Position numbers and translations under genes: made by a program. A stretch of 63,995 bases of DNA, the filler included, from Octopus bimaculoides (Eukaryota): the NCBI RefSeq assembly GCF_001194135.2. It is 6 parts of 5 records of this genome, joined end to end, with 100 filler letters (N's around TTAATTAATTAA, not from the genome) between each part and the next. Parts side by side here need not be neighbours in the genome. Positions count along the whole stretch, not along the records: positions 1 to 21,899 come from NC_069002.1; 5 more parts are not named here. One strand, given 5' to 3'. Of the stretch, positions 1 to 11,982 are shown piece after piece. The first letter of the stretch is position 1; each line of letters begins with the position of its first letter. Under the pieces are notes generated by a model. It did no database searches. It worked only from the letters and a program-made list of their open reading frames with translations, and had not been told where the DNA came from.

Positions 1-44
<44 letters not shown>

Positions 45-140
45 GAAATTTACACAATAAAAGACAAAGACAGATGTATGAACAACAAGTAGGTGTATAT
101 ACATATATATGTATATCTATCTATCTATCTATCTATCTAC

Positions 141-185
<45 letters not shown>

Positions 186-1475
186 TTGGGTCATCCCATA
201 AATAATGTGGTTTCTTTCAATTGCATGAACTAAAAGTTGGAAGAGGATGGGATAAACTACCTGCATCAACTTGCTATTAAAGCAGGTAGTAATTTTACCT
301 TGTACTTATTCTTAGTGCAAATTGTGAAGAGTGCAATTCAATTTTTTTCAAAGCTATAATGGATGTAACAAAGGAGCATATTCAGCATATTTTACTTTAC
401 GAGTTCAATAAAAGCAACAACGCAACAGAAAGTGAGAAGAATATTAATGCAGTATATGGGGATCAGACAATTAGCATGAGCCAGTGTCAATGGGGGTTAC
501 AGAAATTCTGAACCAGAAACTGCAGCCCACAAGAGGAGAGCTTCCTGGAAAATCCCATCGTAACTGTTGAGGAACTGGCAGAAAAGCTTGGATTTGGTCA
601 TTTAACCATTCATTGGCACCTGTGTGCCATCAGAAAAGTCAGCAATTTGGGTCAGTGGGTTCCTCACAAACTTTCTGAATCTATTCGCACACACACACAG
701 AGTGAATGTCTGCTCTTCTTTGCTGTCATGTCTCATGAATGAACTTTTTTGAACCGAATAGTGACTGGTGGTGAGAAATGGGTTCTCTATAAAGACATCA
801 AGCGTCGAAGACAGTGCGTAAAGAAAGGAGAAACACTGGCACACACCAGGCTAAAGAAGGTTTTTACCCACATAAGGTGTTGTTATCTGTTTGGTGGGAT
901 ATGAAAAGTTTAGTCCACTTTGAACTTTTAAACCCAAACCAAATGATAACAAAGGAGATCTACTGCGAGCAGCTGNNNNNNNNNNAACCCAAACCAAATG
1001 ATAACAAAGGAGATCTACTGCGAGCAGCTGAAGTGGCTTAAGTCAGCACTAGAAGAAAAATGACCATCTTTGGTTTCAAGATGAAAGGTGTTCTCTTGTC
1101 AGGATAATGCTTGGCCACATACAGCGAGGATGACATTTGAAAGGCTGAAGCAGTTTGAATAGGAAACGATGCCTCACCCACCATATTTGCTGGACATTGC
1201 CCCATTTGATTACCATTTATTCTGTAGTCTTCAAAATCATTTGGACAGAAAAAATATGAATTCTGTAGATGAGGTCAGAACAGTACTGGAGGAGTATTTT
1301 TTATCATGGACAAGTGAATTTTGGAAGAGGGGCCTTGCAAGTCTACCAGATAGATGGAAGAGCAATGGAGAAAATGAAGGAGAGTATACAAATAAAAAAA
1401 AAAGAATTTTGTTTATCTTAATTTTGAAAAGTAAAAGAAGTATAAAACAAATGCATTATTTATTGGATGACCCAA
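186..1475 (+). mobile_element. Full-length but inactivated mariner (DD34D) transposon, ~1.29 kb
   Basis: TIRs ttgggtcatcccataaataatg (186) and cattatttattggatgacccaa (ending 1475; 1 mismatch), TA after the right end. Transposase starts ATG 359 (MDVTKEHIQHILLYEFNK). Motifs IVTGGEKWV (first D mutated), SVWWD, QDNAWPH, HPPY..DIAPFDYHLF, with 34 codons between D2 and D3. Stops and frameshifts present. Confidence 0.92.
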
Positions 1476-2067
1476 TATTTCTATGTATATGTATATATAT
1501 GTATGTGTATGTATGTATATATACACACACACATATATATGTATATTTGTGTGTATATGTATATGTATGTATGTTTGTATGCATTTATGTATGTATATAA
1601 GTAGCAGAATGAATAAGGTTAGGCTAGTCACAGACAGTAAGTAGCATGAGAACATGATTGATCTGTGCATCTCTACATGTGCCCCACAATTAAGAGTGAC
1701 TAAGAAAGGGACCGTTTGTATGAGGGTGGTCTTTTGCAGACTAGCTTCACATAACAGATACCAGTGGGCTCCTTGTGACAAATAGTCATTGCAATGGTCA
1801 CATTGTAAAACATGATGACAGCTGTCATACTGAGAGGCTATAGTCATGGAAGAGAGATGATCAATGGTCTTTGAGTTGGATTCTGCAAATGTTGAAACCG
1901 TTTCTGGAACTAATTTCAGGAAACCCACCAATCAGCTGGTTACCTACCGTTCAGGAGGAAACCACAAGTAAATACAAGCCTCCATAGGGTTCATATTTTG
2001 AAAGGAGACAGACTGATGTTTGTCAACACTCAGAATAATGGTTAAGGATCGTTTTCTCACACTGACC

Positions 2068-2098
<31 letters not shown>

Positions 2099-2569
2099 AC
2101 CATCATTTTTATGTCTGCTTTCATGTGTAGGTTATTGTGATAGGATCCAACTAATCAAAAATCCACACCTTGCTCCAGTGTCTCAGCTCTGGCATAGTCT
2201 CTACAGCTTGATGCCTTTCCTAATGCCAACCTGCCAACCACTTTACAGAGTATACTGCATGCCTTTTTCTCACAACACAAGACCATGGAGATGGAGGATA
2301 GGAGACAGGGTGGTCACTTTAAGGAAGGTATCAAAATGCCACTTTCTTCTAATGTATACAAAAAGCTTTGGATTTTAGAGAAGGGGTTTAGTTGATTGAA
2401 TTGACCCCAGAACTTGATTGGTTCTGTAATTCATTGTCCCCAGAAAGATGAAAGACAAAATTGCCCTTGACAAGATTGGAACTTGGAACATAAGTTGTTT
2501 GAAGAAATATTGCAAGGCATTTGTCTCACTGCCTTACAAATTCTACCAAACAGTTCCTAACCTCAACAC

Positions 2570-2925
2570 AGGGTCACGAAATGGGGAGGAGGGATCAGTT
2601 GATTAAAACAATCCTAATTTCTGATTGGTACTTTATCCCTAAAGCATTATAATTGCTCTGTGAATTCAATGATGTGGTACCTGTTTACTTTTAGAATGAC
2701 ATTGTAGGGTAGGTGTGAGAGGCTAGATCTGGCTAGTTTCAACATAAAACAAGTTGAATGTTTTAACTGGATACAGCTGGTTTAAATACTACAGGGTTAA
2801 TTTATCAACCCCCAAAAGGAGGATGAACAATGTTGGTCCTGGCAGGATTTGATGTCAGAAAGTGAAAAGTTGTCACTAAAGAGCACAAGGCAATGTGTCT
2901 GATGCTCTAACGATTCTGCCAATCC
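2570..2925 (-). mobile_element. tRNA-derived SINE (family A), degenerate, interrupted by a MITE
   Basis: Reverse-complement similarity to the intact copy at 54436-54655; split at ggtact[ttaa]tttatcaacccc. Confidence 0.6.
2637..2796. mobile_element. piggyBac-like MITE, degenerate copy
   Basis: Body (gtgtgagaggctagatctggc...aacataaaaca) matches 24703-24922; CCC...GGG ends, right flank TTAA. Confidence 0.65.
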
Positions 2926-3679
2926 AACATTAATAGAAATAATGACATTATTATTGGCTATTTACATTGGTTCAACATTGTACTCATATTGTAAGGGAGT
3001 GGGTTACAGCAGATTGTTTAAAAAAGGGGTTATTTGTCTTATCAAGCCCATGGATGGATGGATGGGTGGATGGATGGGTGGATAGAGGAATGCCAGTAGA
3101 AGAAGTAAATGTCAGCCTGGTGTGGATTTGAACTCAAACCATTGTGTGTTGGAAAAGAATGCCTACAAAGTGTTTAAAGCCTACCCTCTTGCAGGTAGAT
3201 AACCATTCTGCTGTGATGTGGGATTACCTATGAGCAGATATTAATGGAAATGGATCAGAATACTAAAAGAAAGCACATAAAAAAATAAAATAGAAAATAG
3301 CATTAAAAACAAAATTTTGTAAAAGGGAAAAAAAACAGAAAGAAAAGTGGATTCATCCAAGGAATGGATAACTCCATAGAAAGAAGGAGTGAGAGATAGA
3401 GAAACCCGTAGACACACACACACACGCACAATATGTGAGGACACACACACAGATAGCGATACATACATGGTGACAGATAAATAAAGTGACATCTACATAT
3501 ACAAACACAAATACATAGAGGAACAGCCAGATCCACACACACGATGCAAAAACACGGAAAGACACAAAGACAATTCGACAGATGATACCCACACGTACGC
3601 AATCCAAATGCACTGCAGATTCCATTTAAATAAAATCCAAAATTAAAAATGCGAAAATTATTCAGATTTTACTACTAAC

Positions 3680-3782
3680 CTGACACTTGAATTATGAATG
3701 GAAGGATGAAGATGACGAAGAAGAGGAAATTGATATGGCTTGTACCCTGGGCCATTTTAGCATGGAGTGTAGCCGGCTTCAT
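3680..3782 (-). CDS. Candidate first coding exon of an unidentified secreted or membrane protein (signal-peptide-like)
   Basis: ATG 3782 gives MKPATLHAKMAQGTSHINFLFFVIFILPFIIQVS plus 1 nt, ending at CAG|GTTAGT (phase 1). No homolog recognised and no next exon found. Confidence 0.4.
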
Positions 3783-3844
3783 CGTAAAAAAAACACAAAC
3801 AAACCGCGAGAAGACACTCTAAAAAATTTTGGACTTACAGTTAT

Positions 3845-4071
3845 TATAACACTAGTAGTAGTAGTAATAGGGGCAGTAGTGGTGGTGGTAGTAGTGATGG
3901 TGATGGTGATAGTTGTAGTGGTGGTGGTGACAGTTGCAGTAGAAATAGTAGTAGTGGTAGTGGTGGTGGCGGTTTGTTGCGGTGATGGTGGTAGTAGTAA
4001 CAGTAGTAGCAGTAGTAATAATATTTCACCTGCTGCTTGTAAGGTTGCTACTGCTACTAATATAGGTGGGT

Positions 4072-4119
<48 letters not shown>

Positions 4120-4175
4120 GCTGCAATGCACTTCACAATCTGCTGCTGTTGCTACTACTACTTCTACTACTGCTA
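3845..4175. repeat. Compound trinucleotide low-complexity tract (GTA/GTG/AAT/CTA)
   Basis: Direct reading of the repeats; source of poly-V/T/L/N ORFs. Confidence 0.95.
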
Positions 4176-4232
4176 CCTGCTTCTTCGAATTTGTATTGCA
4201 AATGTATGTGTGCTTGAATTTGTGCTGCCAGT

Positions 4233-4268
<36 letters not shown>

Positions 4269-4759
4269 AATATATTATTCACTGTATGTGAAAACAGGCG
4301 AGTCTTTCTGTGTGTGTGTGTTTATGAGATTTTGTGTATGTGTGAATATGTGAATAAATATGTGAAAATGTGTGAATTTTTCTATGTGGCTGTGTAATTT
4401 TACGTATGTATGAGTATGTGACGCTGTGTGTGTGTGTGTGTGTTATTGTTGATCAATAAGGTTTAGACATCCTGCCATTCGTTAATTCTCTGCAAAATTA
4501 AAACTGGAATGAAAATCTCGATAAGATCTGGATCAGCACAAAATATTTCCAGCAAAGGGATTTTTTTTTTTCCAGGGATTGTAAGGAGTTTGGGGGGTGG
4601 GTTTCATACTCAAGGTGAACAGGTGAAAAAAAAAACAAATAAAAGAAGTTACTCTCCTAATTTTTTTTTTTCCCATTTCTGTGCTGCTACTCTTCCTCCT
4701 CCTCTCCCTTCTACTGTCTGCCTTTCTCTTTCTCCTTTAGATCTAGACACTTGGTGTCA

Positions 4760-5480
4760 CCAAGCTACCACCACCACCACCACCACCACCACCACCACTC
4801 TGCTGTCCCATTATAATCACCCACAATGATCAGGACAACAACTTTCTCTTTTAGCAACACCCTCTCCACGTCCTCCTTTTGCTCCTACATTACAAAAACC
4901 AGCAAGCAGCAGCAGCACCACCACCACCACCACCACCACTACCATTAGCTCCACCACCAACACCATCAGCCCCACCATTGCTGTCCTGGCTTGTAATAAA
5001 TCCACCTCCACTCCCACCACCATCTCCAGCCTTAGAATCACTGACACTACTACCAAAAAGCTCCTATTGTCATCATCACCATTGTCGCTGCTGATGACAA
5101 CTACGCCACCACATCCTCCGCCACCACTGTTGCTGTCCCCATTAGAGCAACCATTGCCACTAATGCCACCCCCAACATGACAATCATCACCCCTGCCACC
5201 ACCACAACCACCACCACAACCACCACCACTATCACCACCACAACCACCATCACCATAACCACCACTACCACAACTACCACCACCACTATCACCACCAGCA
5301 TTATGACCTTTACTCAATCTCTTCTGCCATTACTACAGTGACCATCCTCAACTACTGCAACATCCACCACCACCACCACCACCATAGCATCTACCACTAC
5401 TACAATCCCCACCTCAATGCAGCCACCACCAACACCATCACCCTTCACTCCCACCCAATCTCCAGCAACCAGCATCAACT
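4760..5480. repeat. (CAC/CCA)n-rich low-complexity tract
   Basis: Direct reading; source of poly-P/T/H/V/G ORFs. Confidence 0.95.
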
Positions 5481-5814
5481 TTGCCTTGTGTTTCTGGTGC
5501 TTATGAGATATATACCAGTCATACACTGAGGTGATTAAATCAAGTACAAAACCTCCCACACTCACAAAAACGGAAAGGAAAAATGTGATGTCTTTGAGCC
5601 TAAGTTACAAATTCCCATCATGATATCATAATTCTTATTATAAGCAGGATTTCTTCTGGTTCCTTCCATTCTGTGTTGAAGGGCCACTGAGGTCTGCTCT
5701 GCTTTTCGTCTTTTCACAATAAAATAACGACCTGGGTCTCCCTGCAATCGACTAACCTCATCACCTTGGGCCTAGTGTAGAAAGAATTCTTCTTCTTCTT
5801 CTTCTCTCCCCGCC

Positions 5815-6176
5815 CCCGTGAGCTGGCAGAATTGTGAGCAGACAGGGCATGCCTTTCATCCTTTCGGGGTCAATAAAATAGGTACCAGTTGCATACTGGG
5901 GTTGATGTACTCAACTATCCCCCTCCCACAAATTTCAGGTCTTGTGACTAGGTTGGAAAGGATTATTATTAAGGTGGCCAGCAGGCAGAATTCTTAGCAT
6001 GCTGGGCAAATTGCTTAAAAGCATTTTGTCTGTCTTTATGTTCTGGGTTCAAATTCGGCTGAGGTCGACATTACCTTTTATCCTTTTATGGGTTGATGAA
6101 TTAAGTTGAGTGCTGGGTCGATGTAATTGGCTTTTCCTCCCCCCAAAAGGCAGGCCTTGTGCTTTTAGTAGAAAGG
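5815..6176 (+). mobile_element. Two tandem family A SINE copies followed by (TTA)n
   Basis: A-box-like gagctggcagaa and B-box-like ggttcaaattc; shared core cctttcggggtc...aagtaccagtt. Confidence 0.75.
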
Positions 6177-6215
<39 letters not shown>

Positions 6216-6217
<2 letters not shown>

Positions 6218-6990
6218 ATACGTCGCACAGTATACAATATTGTGAAGTTGTTGATTGAAAATATTGTGTCTTCAAGGGGTTTGTATTGTCTGTCAAGTCA
6301 CAACAAGGACCTCAGACAGACAGTACTTTACGTAGTATGTGTACAGTTCCAAGTAATGCTGATTTTTGCAATACACTTACATTGTAGGGTATTTCTAAAC
6401 TTTCCAGATGTTTTTTTTTAGGTTGGGTGGTATTGAACCCAATGCTCCGATGACACTAGGGACAACCTTTATGTTTGACTCTTGTGGCTGCCACATCTTT
6501 GTGATCTCAATTCTTGAGTCTCCATATTTATCAGTCTTTTCTCTTTCTTGCATGATAACATGCTGATCTCTTAGCACTGCCACATCAATCATTAAGTACT
6601 CTTATTTGTCCCCCCTAAAGGTTACTATATCCGGCCTTCACAGCTCTAACACCTTGTCTGTCTGGAAGTCAAAGTCCCAGAGGATTTTTGCCTTCCACTC
6701 TTTGTCCATTACCTTTTCCACTGTATGTTGGTACCAAGCACCTGTTACCTCATATCCATACTTCTGGCATTGTAGCCAGTGAAGGTTTGGAGCTACCTTG
6801 TCGTCTCTGCACTTGTACTCTTTCTGCGCAAGACTTTCACAAGCGCTAACAATGGGAGTCATGCTTTCGACCCTCTTCCCTCACATTCTGCAGAGGTTCA
6901 TTGCACTTGTGTGGTATATATCCCTTTTCTATTTCCTTTGTCATTGAGTATGCTTCTTTATATGATTGCATTTCTTCTGAGTTAAGACCA
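6216..6990 (-). mobile_element. 3' fragment of a REL-endonuclease non-LTR retrotransposon (R4/Dong-like)
   Basis: CESLAQKEYKCRDDKVA..LHW, KILWDFDFQTD, IDVAV..REKTDKY, KVVPSVIGALG; 3' end abuts (TAA)n. Confidence 0.85.
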
Positions 6991-8062
6991 TAACTCTGCT
7001 TCCTTCAGTTACCTGAATGTTAAATGTAGTTTGTAACTTCCACATCGGTAGTGGGGTTGGAGGTTGCTCTGAGAGTATAGTGATGAGAGTAAGAATAGCC
7101 TGGGCAAAGTTCAGGTAGCTCCTACCTCTGCTGGCAACTAAGGGCCTCTCACTTGGGGTGAAAGGTAGGCTGTATGATGCATGTGTATGAACTACCATGC
7201 TACACAGCAGTGAAATATAGGCCATGAATGCTGATGACATGTGTAGGCTTGACAGAAATGAAGCTAGTATTATCCACTGGATGTGTTATGTCAGTGTGCA
7301 AACACGACAGAGTGTAAAAGCCCTGAGAGAAAAGTTGGGCATCAAATGTGGTGTGCAAGAGAGGCGACTGTGCTGGTATGACCATGTGTTATGTATGAAT
7401 GAAGACAGCTGTGTGAGGAAGTGCCACTCCCTAACTATAGAAGGAACCTGTGGAAGTGATAGACCCAAGAAGACTTGGGATGGGGTGGTGAAACATGACC
7501 TTCAAACATTGAGCCTCACAGAGAAAATGACAGGAGACCGGGACTTTTGGGGATATACTGTGACTGAGAGGACCCGGAAACTAAAGTGAGATCGCAGCCA
7601 CACATGTCCGGCCCTGTTAAGAGAACCCCTGATGCGTCGGGTGATATGATATGCTTGAGAAGACCTGTTGGGTCAAGTAAAACCAATATTGTGGCTGTAA
7701 GACCAATATCGTGTCCAGTTCCTCGAGACTGGCTCCTATACTGGTGGCATGTAAAAAGCACCATCTGAATATGGCCGATGCCAGTACTCCCTGACTGACT
7801 CTTGTGCCAGTGGCACATAAAAAGCACCATCTGAGCATAATCGATGCCAGGCCCGCCTGACTGGCTCCTGTGCTGGTGGCACGTAAAAAACACCCACTAC
7901 ACTCTTAGAGTGGTTGAGATTAGGAAGGGCATCCAGCTGTAGAAACATTGCCAGATCAGACTGGAGCCTGCTGCAGCCATCTGGTTCACCAGTCCTCAGT
8001 CAAACCATCCAACCCATGCCAGCATGGAAAGCGGACTTTAAACGATGATGGTGATGATGATT
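6990..8062 (+). mobile_element. 5'-truncated RTE-clade LINE with 3' UTR and (GAT)n tail
   Basis: RLDRNEASIIHWMC..LREKLGI..QERRLCWYDHV..RPKKTWDGVVKHDL; ends catgccagcatggaaagcggac..gatgatg. Confidence 0.88.
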
Positions 8063-8067
8063 GAGAC

Positions 8068-8276
8068 AGTGAGCTGAGAGAAACGTTAGCACACCAGGCG
8101 AAATACTTAGTGGTATTTCGTCTGACGCTACTTTCTGAGTTCAAATTCTGCTGAGGTCAACTTAGCCTTTCATCCTTTTGAGGTTGATTTAAATAAGTAC
8201 CAGTTATGCACTGGGGTTGATGTAATCGGCTGGCCCCCACCCCAAAATTTCGGTCCTTATGCCTAGAGTAGAAAAG
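8068..8276 (+). mobile_element. Family A SINE with (TTA)n tail
   Basis: Similarity to 54436-54655; tail 8277-8326. Confidence 0.8.
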
Positions 8277-8326
<50 letters not shown>

Positions 8327-9525
8327 CTTTCAATTCTGTTTTCATTTCTTTCCGAGTATCTTCCTGACACCTAGGGCAGAGAAATGCACTGTATACATTG
8401 GTAGGCCATTAAAATAAACACACCAGGTTGTTCATTTATAAAGTCATGTGATAGAGAAAAAGGGGAAGAAAGACAGAGAGAAAAAATAAAAAATAAAAGA
8501 TAAAAAAGTAAACAAAGAAAATGAAGGGTGAAAAGTGAAGAAAATTCACAGGGACAATGTTCTTCTGAATACGTGTAACCAGTTGCCAGTTAAGACAATC
8601 TTTTGCACTTGAATTATTCTTAAATAATTTTCAGTTCCCCTTTTGATCCTTCCAAGTGCTCCTACAATCACTGGTTTTGTAACCGTCTTGAGATGCTACA
8701 TCTTTCCGATTTCGATTAGCAAATCTTTATATTTTCTGAGCTTATCAAATCCTTTTGCTGAGTTATTATGGTCACAAGGCATGCTCCCCATGTCCGTGAA
8801 TAAACAGACTTTATTGCTTTGGTTTATTTGCTTTGATGGTCCGGTCTGTACATACTGGAAAGTCCAAAAGAATCATTATATTTTCTCATTCATTTACAGC
8901 TTCAGGATGGTGCTTGTACCATTTGTCAGCAGTTTTGATTTTATAATGGCGATATATTATACAATCTAGATATTGGCCAACTCTGTCATTTCTTGATTTA
9001 TACTCTGCAGATGATAAAACCTCACACCCAGAGATCAGGCGGTCCACTGTTTCTATTTCATCATTGCAGTATTGGCACTTTGGATCTACACCATTTTTCC
9101 TCACATTGGCTTGATAGTTCCGACCAATAAGCTCTGATCTTGAGCAACTTAGATAAAGCCTTCACTCTCTGCCTTTAGCCCTGAGCTTCATAGCCACTGA
9201 TAGGCATGCTCCTGGTCTGCATCAGCTTGTTTGCTACAAGCCACATATTTGTCTCATGGTTTCCAATGAGCTTTAGCATCCAGTCATTAGATGTTTCAAG
9301 TTATTTTGCCAGTTCAATACCGGTTGTTTTGTAAGAGATTTCAGTTTTGAATCTCCTTGATCACTATGAAGGGAAAGAGGATCTGTGTCTGCCTTTGGGT
9401 GGTGCATCTTATTGCAAGTCAGCAGCTTATGGATTCTCCTGTCAATCTTCCTTATTTCGGTCACATTCCAGTTCAACATATTGAAAGTGTAGATAACGAC
9501 CAAAACTGCAAAGGAATTTTATTGT
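8327..9525 (-). mobile_element. 5'-truncated R4/Dong-like REL non-LTR retrotransposon
   Basis: MHHPKADTD, DPKCQYCNDEIETVDRLISGCEVLSSAEYKSRNDRVGQY..KWYKHHPEAV (CCHC-like zinc-knuckle region); (TTA)-type tracts on both flanks. Confidence 0.85.
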
Positions 9526-9544
9526 TATTATTATTATCATTATT

Positions 9545-9758
9545 GGCAGAAAACTGGCAGAATTGTTAGTATGCCAGGCAAAATGCTTAGAGGTACTTCG
9601 TCCATCTTTTCATTCTGAGTTCAAATTCCGCTGAGGTCAACTTTGCCTTTTATCCTTTTGGGGTTGATTAAATAAGTACCAGTTATGCACTGGAGTAGAT
9701 GTAATTGACTTACCCCCTTCCCACAAAAATTTCAAACCTTGTGCCTATAATAGAAAGA

Positions 9759-9760
<2 letters not shown>
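9545..9760 (+). mobile_element. Family A SINE with (TTA)n tail
   Basis: ctggcagaattgttag...gagttcaaattccgctgaggtc... Confidence 0.8.
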
Positions 9761-9815
<55 letters not shown>

Positions 9816-10370
9816 GAGTGAGAGAGCAGCATGGCATCACAATGACACTGGGGTACAAATATACGAAGCCCAATATACCCATCATGACTACCCGTGTGAT
9901 AAGGGTACACCAGGCACATGCATCACAACCACATGTATGCAACATGGTGGTCTCATTATCAAGATAAACAATGCATGACCTTGCAGGTGGGGCCCAGTTA
10001 GAATTTTCTTGAGGTCAAGTAGCCCATCATACACAAATGGTTCATGAATAAAGGCTGTTTAAGGATGAACGAAATACCCATGCTTCCAAACATGAATTAT
10101 TCAAACCCCAAATAATTCCTCTCAACACATGGCTATGATGCTCCCCCACTACTTCTGCTCGTGATCAGAGATGCACATATCATCAGCCACCAAGGGACAT
10201 GCTCAACTGGTTAAGGTCAAACAACTGACAAGCAAATCTGTGGTATTAAGCAGAATATTTGCTGTTAGCCCATCTTTTATATCAAGACAAAACAGTGTAC
10301 ATGATAACACTTCCAATCAGTTGAGATCAGAAGCCATGGGAGCCACTGCCTGGTACTGCATCAGGGCATT
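9816..10370 (-). mobile_element. Unclassified ~555-bp interspersed repeat (family D) embedded in (TAA)n
   Basis: Reverse-complement match to 58862-59213 (e.g. gcagaagtagtgggggagcatcatag); TTA tracts on both sides. Confidence 0.75.
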
Positions 10371-10469
10371 TATTATTATTGTTGTTGTTGTTACTTTGAT
10401 GATGATGAGTTCAATTGCCAGTGGTGTACTGTGCCCTTCAGCAAGACATTTTATTTCCACTCGGCTGGC

Positions 10470-10660
10470 ATAATTGACTAGTATTTGTATTTCAAAGGGC
10501 CAGCTTGTCACATCCTGTATAACACTGAATCTCCATGAGAACTAGATCAAGAGTACATGCGTCTGTGGAGCACTCAGCCATTTGCATGTTAACTTCTTCC
10601 TGAGTGGGCTATTCCATTCTTCAGATCAGCTGGAACACTCGTCATCGCAACCGATGTTTC
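10470..10660 (+). mobile_element. 3' part of family E SINE
   Basis: Matches 52600-52760 (tcaaagggccagcttgtcac...gtctgtggagcactcagcca). Confidence 0.6.
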
Positions 10661-10884
10661 GAGTTCCATTTATAATCGTTCAGAAGGGATCTGACCACTG
10701 ATAGGTAAATATTAGAGCCCTGAGCTGTAACAGGGACATGTTACCAGCATGTCCCTCAATTACTTGTGAATTGTGTTAAAGGATGGATCTAATACCACTT
10801 GATACTTTTTTGGGTTTGTTTGTTTGATATTCTGACAATTCTGATGATCCTTCAACTGCGAAACGTGTTCACTTCTAAAGTAGT

Positions 10885-11050
10885 GGATTGGCAGAAATGT
10901 TAGAGCATCAGGTAACATACCTTTATATTTTGAGTTCAAATCCCACTGAGGTTGGCTTTTTCTTTTACTTTTATGTGCTTGGTAAAATTAAGTACCCGTC
11001 AAATACTGGACCTGATATAATTACCTTATCCCCACAAATTTGGGGCTTTT
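10885..11050 (+). mobile_element. Family A SINE, degenerate
   Basis: ttggcagaaatgttag...gagttcaaatccc. Confidence 0.65.
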
Positions 11051-11534
11051 TATTTATGTGTGTACAAATATCTGTGTGTGTGTGTGTGTGTGTATAAATA
11101 AATGATATAATATATATATATATATATATATGCATATATGGGTACAGGACATCACCAACAGTGCAAATAACCTGAAATACNNNNNNNNNNGTGAAATACG
11201 TAAACAACAAAAATGGAGAACAGGACAGGTTAACACAGAGAAAGGACCCTTCATCAGTTGTCAGCTGTCTATCTACTCCTCATTTCGAGCATTCAATGAC
11301 AATATGAGTCTTCAAAGACAGTTGCACCCATAAATTCTTAAATAAGATTTAGGATTTATGGAGGGTCAAAGTTGGGAACAAAAAAATGACAATGGAGACA
11401 TACAAGGAAACTGAACGAAAACAAAGATGGAGGGTTGTTAGACCAGAATGAGAGGAAAATAGTGAATGCTGGGAGAAAAGTTTTTTTTTGAAAATAGAAA
11501 AGAAAGATATGAGAGAGAGAAAAACATGTCTGCT

Positions 11535-11571
<37 letters not shown>

Positions 11572-11572
<1 letters not shown>

Positions 11573-11965
11573 GCAGGTGTGGCTGTGTGATAAGATGCTT
11601 GCTTTCCAACCACATGGTTCCAGGTTCAGTTTCACTGCATGGTACCTTGGGGAAGTGTTTACTACTTTAGCCTTGAGCCAATCAAAGCCTTGTGAGTGGA
11701 GTTGCAGAAAGAAACTGAAAGAAGCCTGTCAAGTTTATGTGTGTATGAGTGTGTGTGTGTCTTTGTGTCTGTGTTTGTCTTCTACTACTGCTTGACAACT
11801 GGTGTTGGTGTGTTTATGTCGACATAACTTAGCAGTGCAGCAAAAAAAGACTGATAGAATAAGTATCAGATTTTAAAAAAATATAAGACTACTGGGGTCA
11901 ATCCATTTGACTGAAACATTTTCAAGGTGATGCCCAGCATCGTCACGGTCAAATAACTGACAGAA
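11572..11965 (+). mobile_element. tRNA-derived SINE (family B)
   Basis: ggctgtgtgataag...ggttcagtttcactgcatggtaccttggggaagtg; internal (TG)n; 3' cccagcat..gtcaaataactga. Confidence 0.8.
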
Positions 11966-11982
11966 GAGAAATGTATATATAT

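Noticed and set aside
931-1030. 45-bp tandem duplication inside the mariner transposase
   Set aside because: Exact copies flank a 10-N gap, the signature of an unmerged contig overlap
1413-1931. 172-aa minus-strand ORF; faint gag/protease-like look on the plus strand
   Set aside because: No recognisable domain, the tail runs into microsatellite, and the retroelement resemblance is too weak to call
3687-5565. Poly-V/T/N/P/G/H ORFs
   Set aside because: Translations of trinucleotide low-complexity DNA, open in several frames
10733-10757. Hairpin agggacatg-ttaccag-catgtccct
   Set aside because: Isolated 9-bp stem, compatible with chance or a TE remnant
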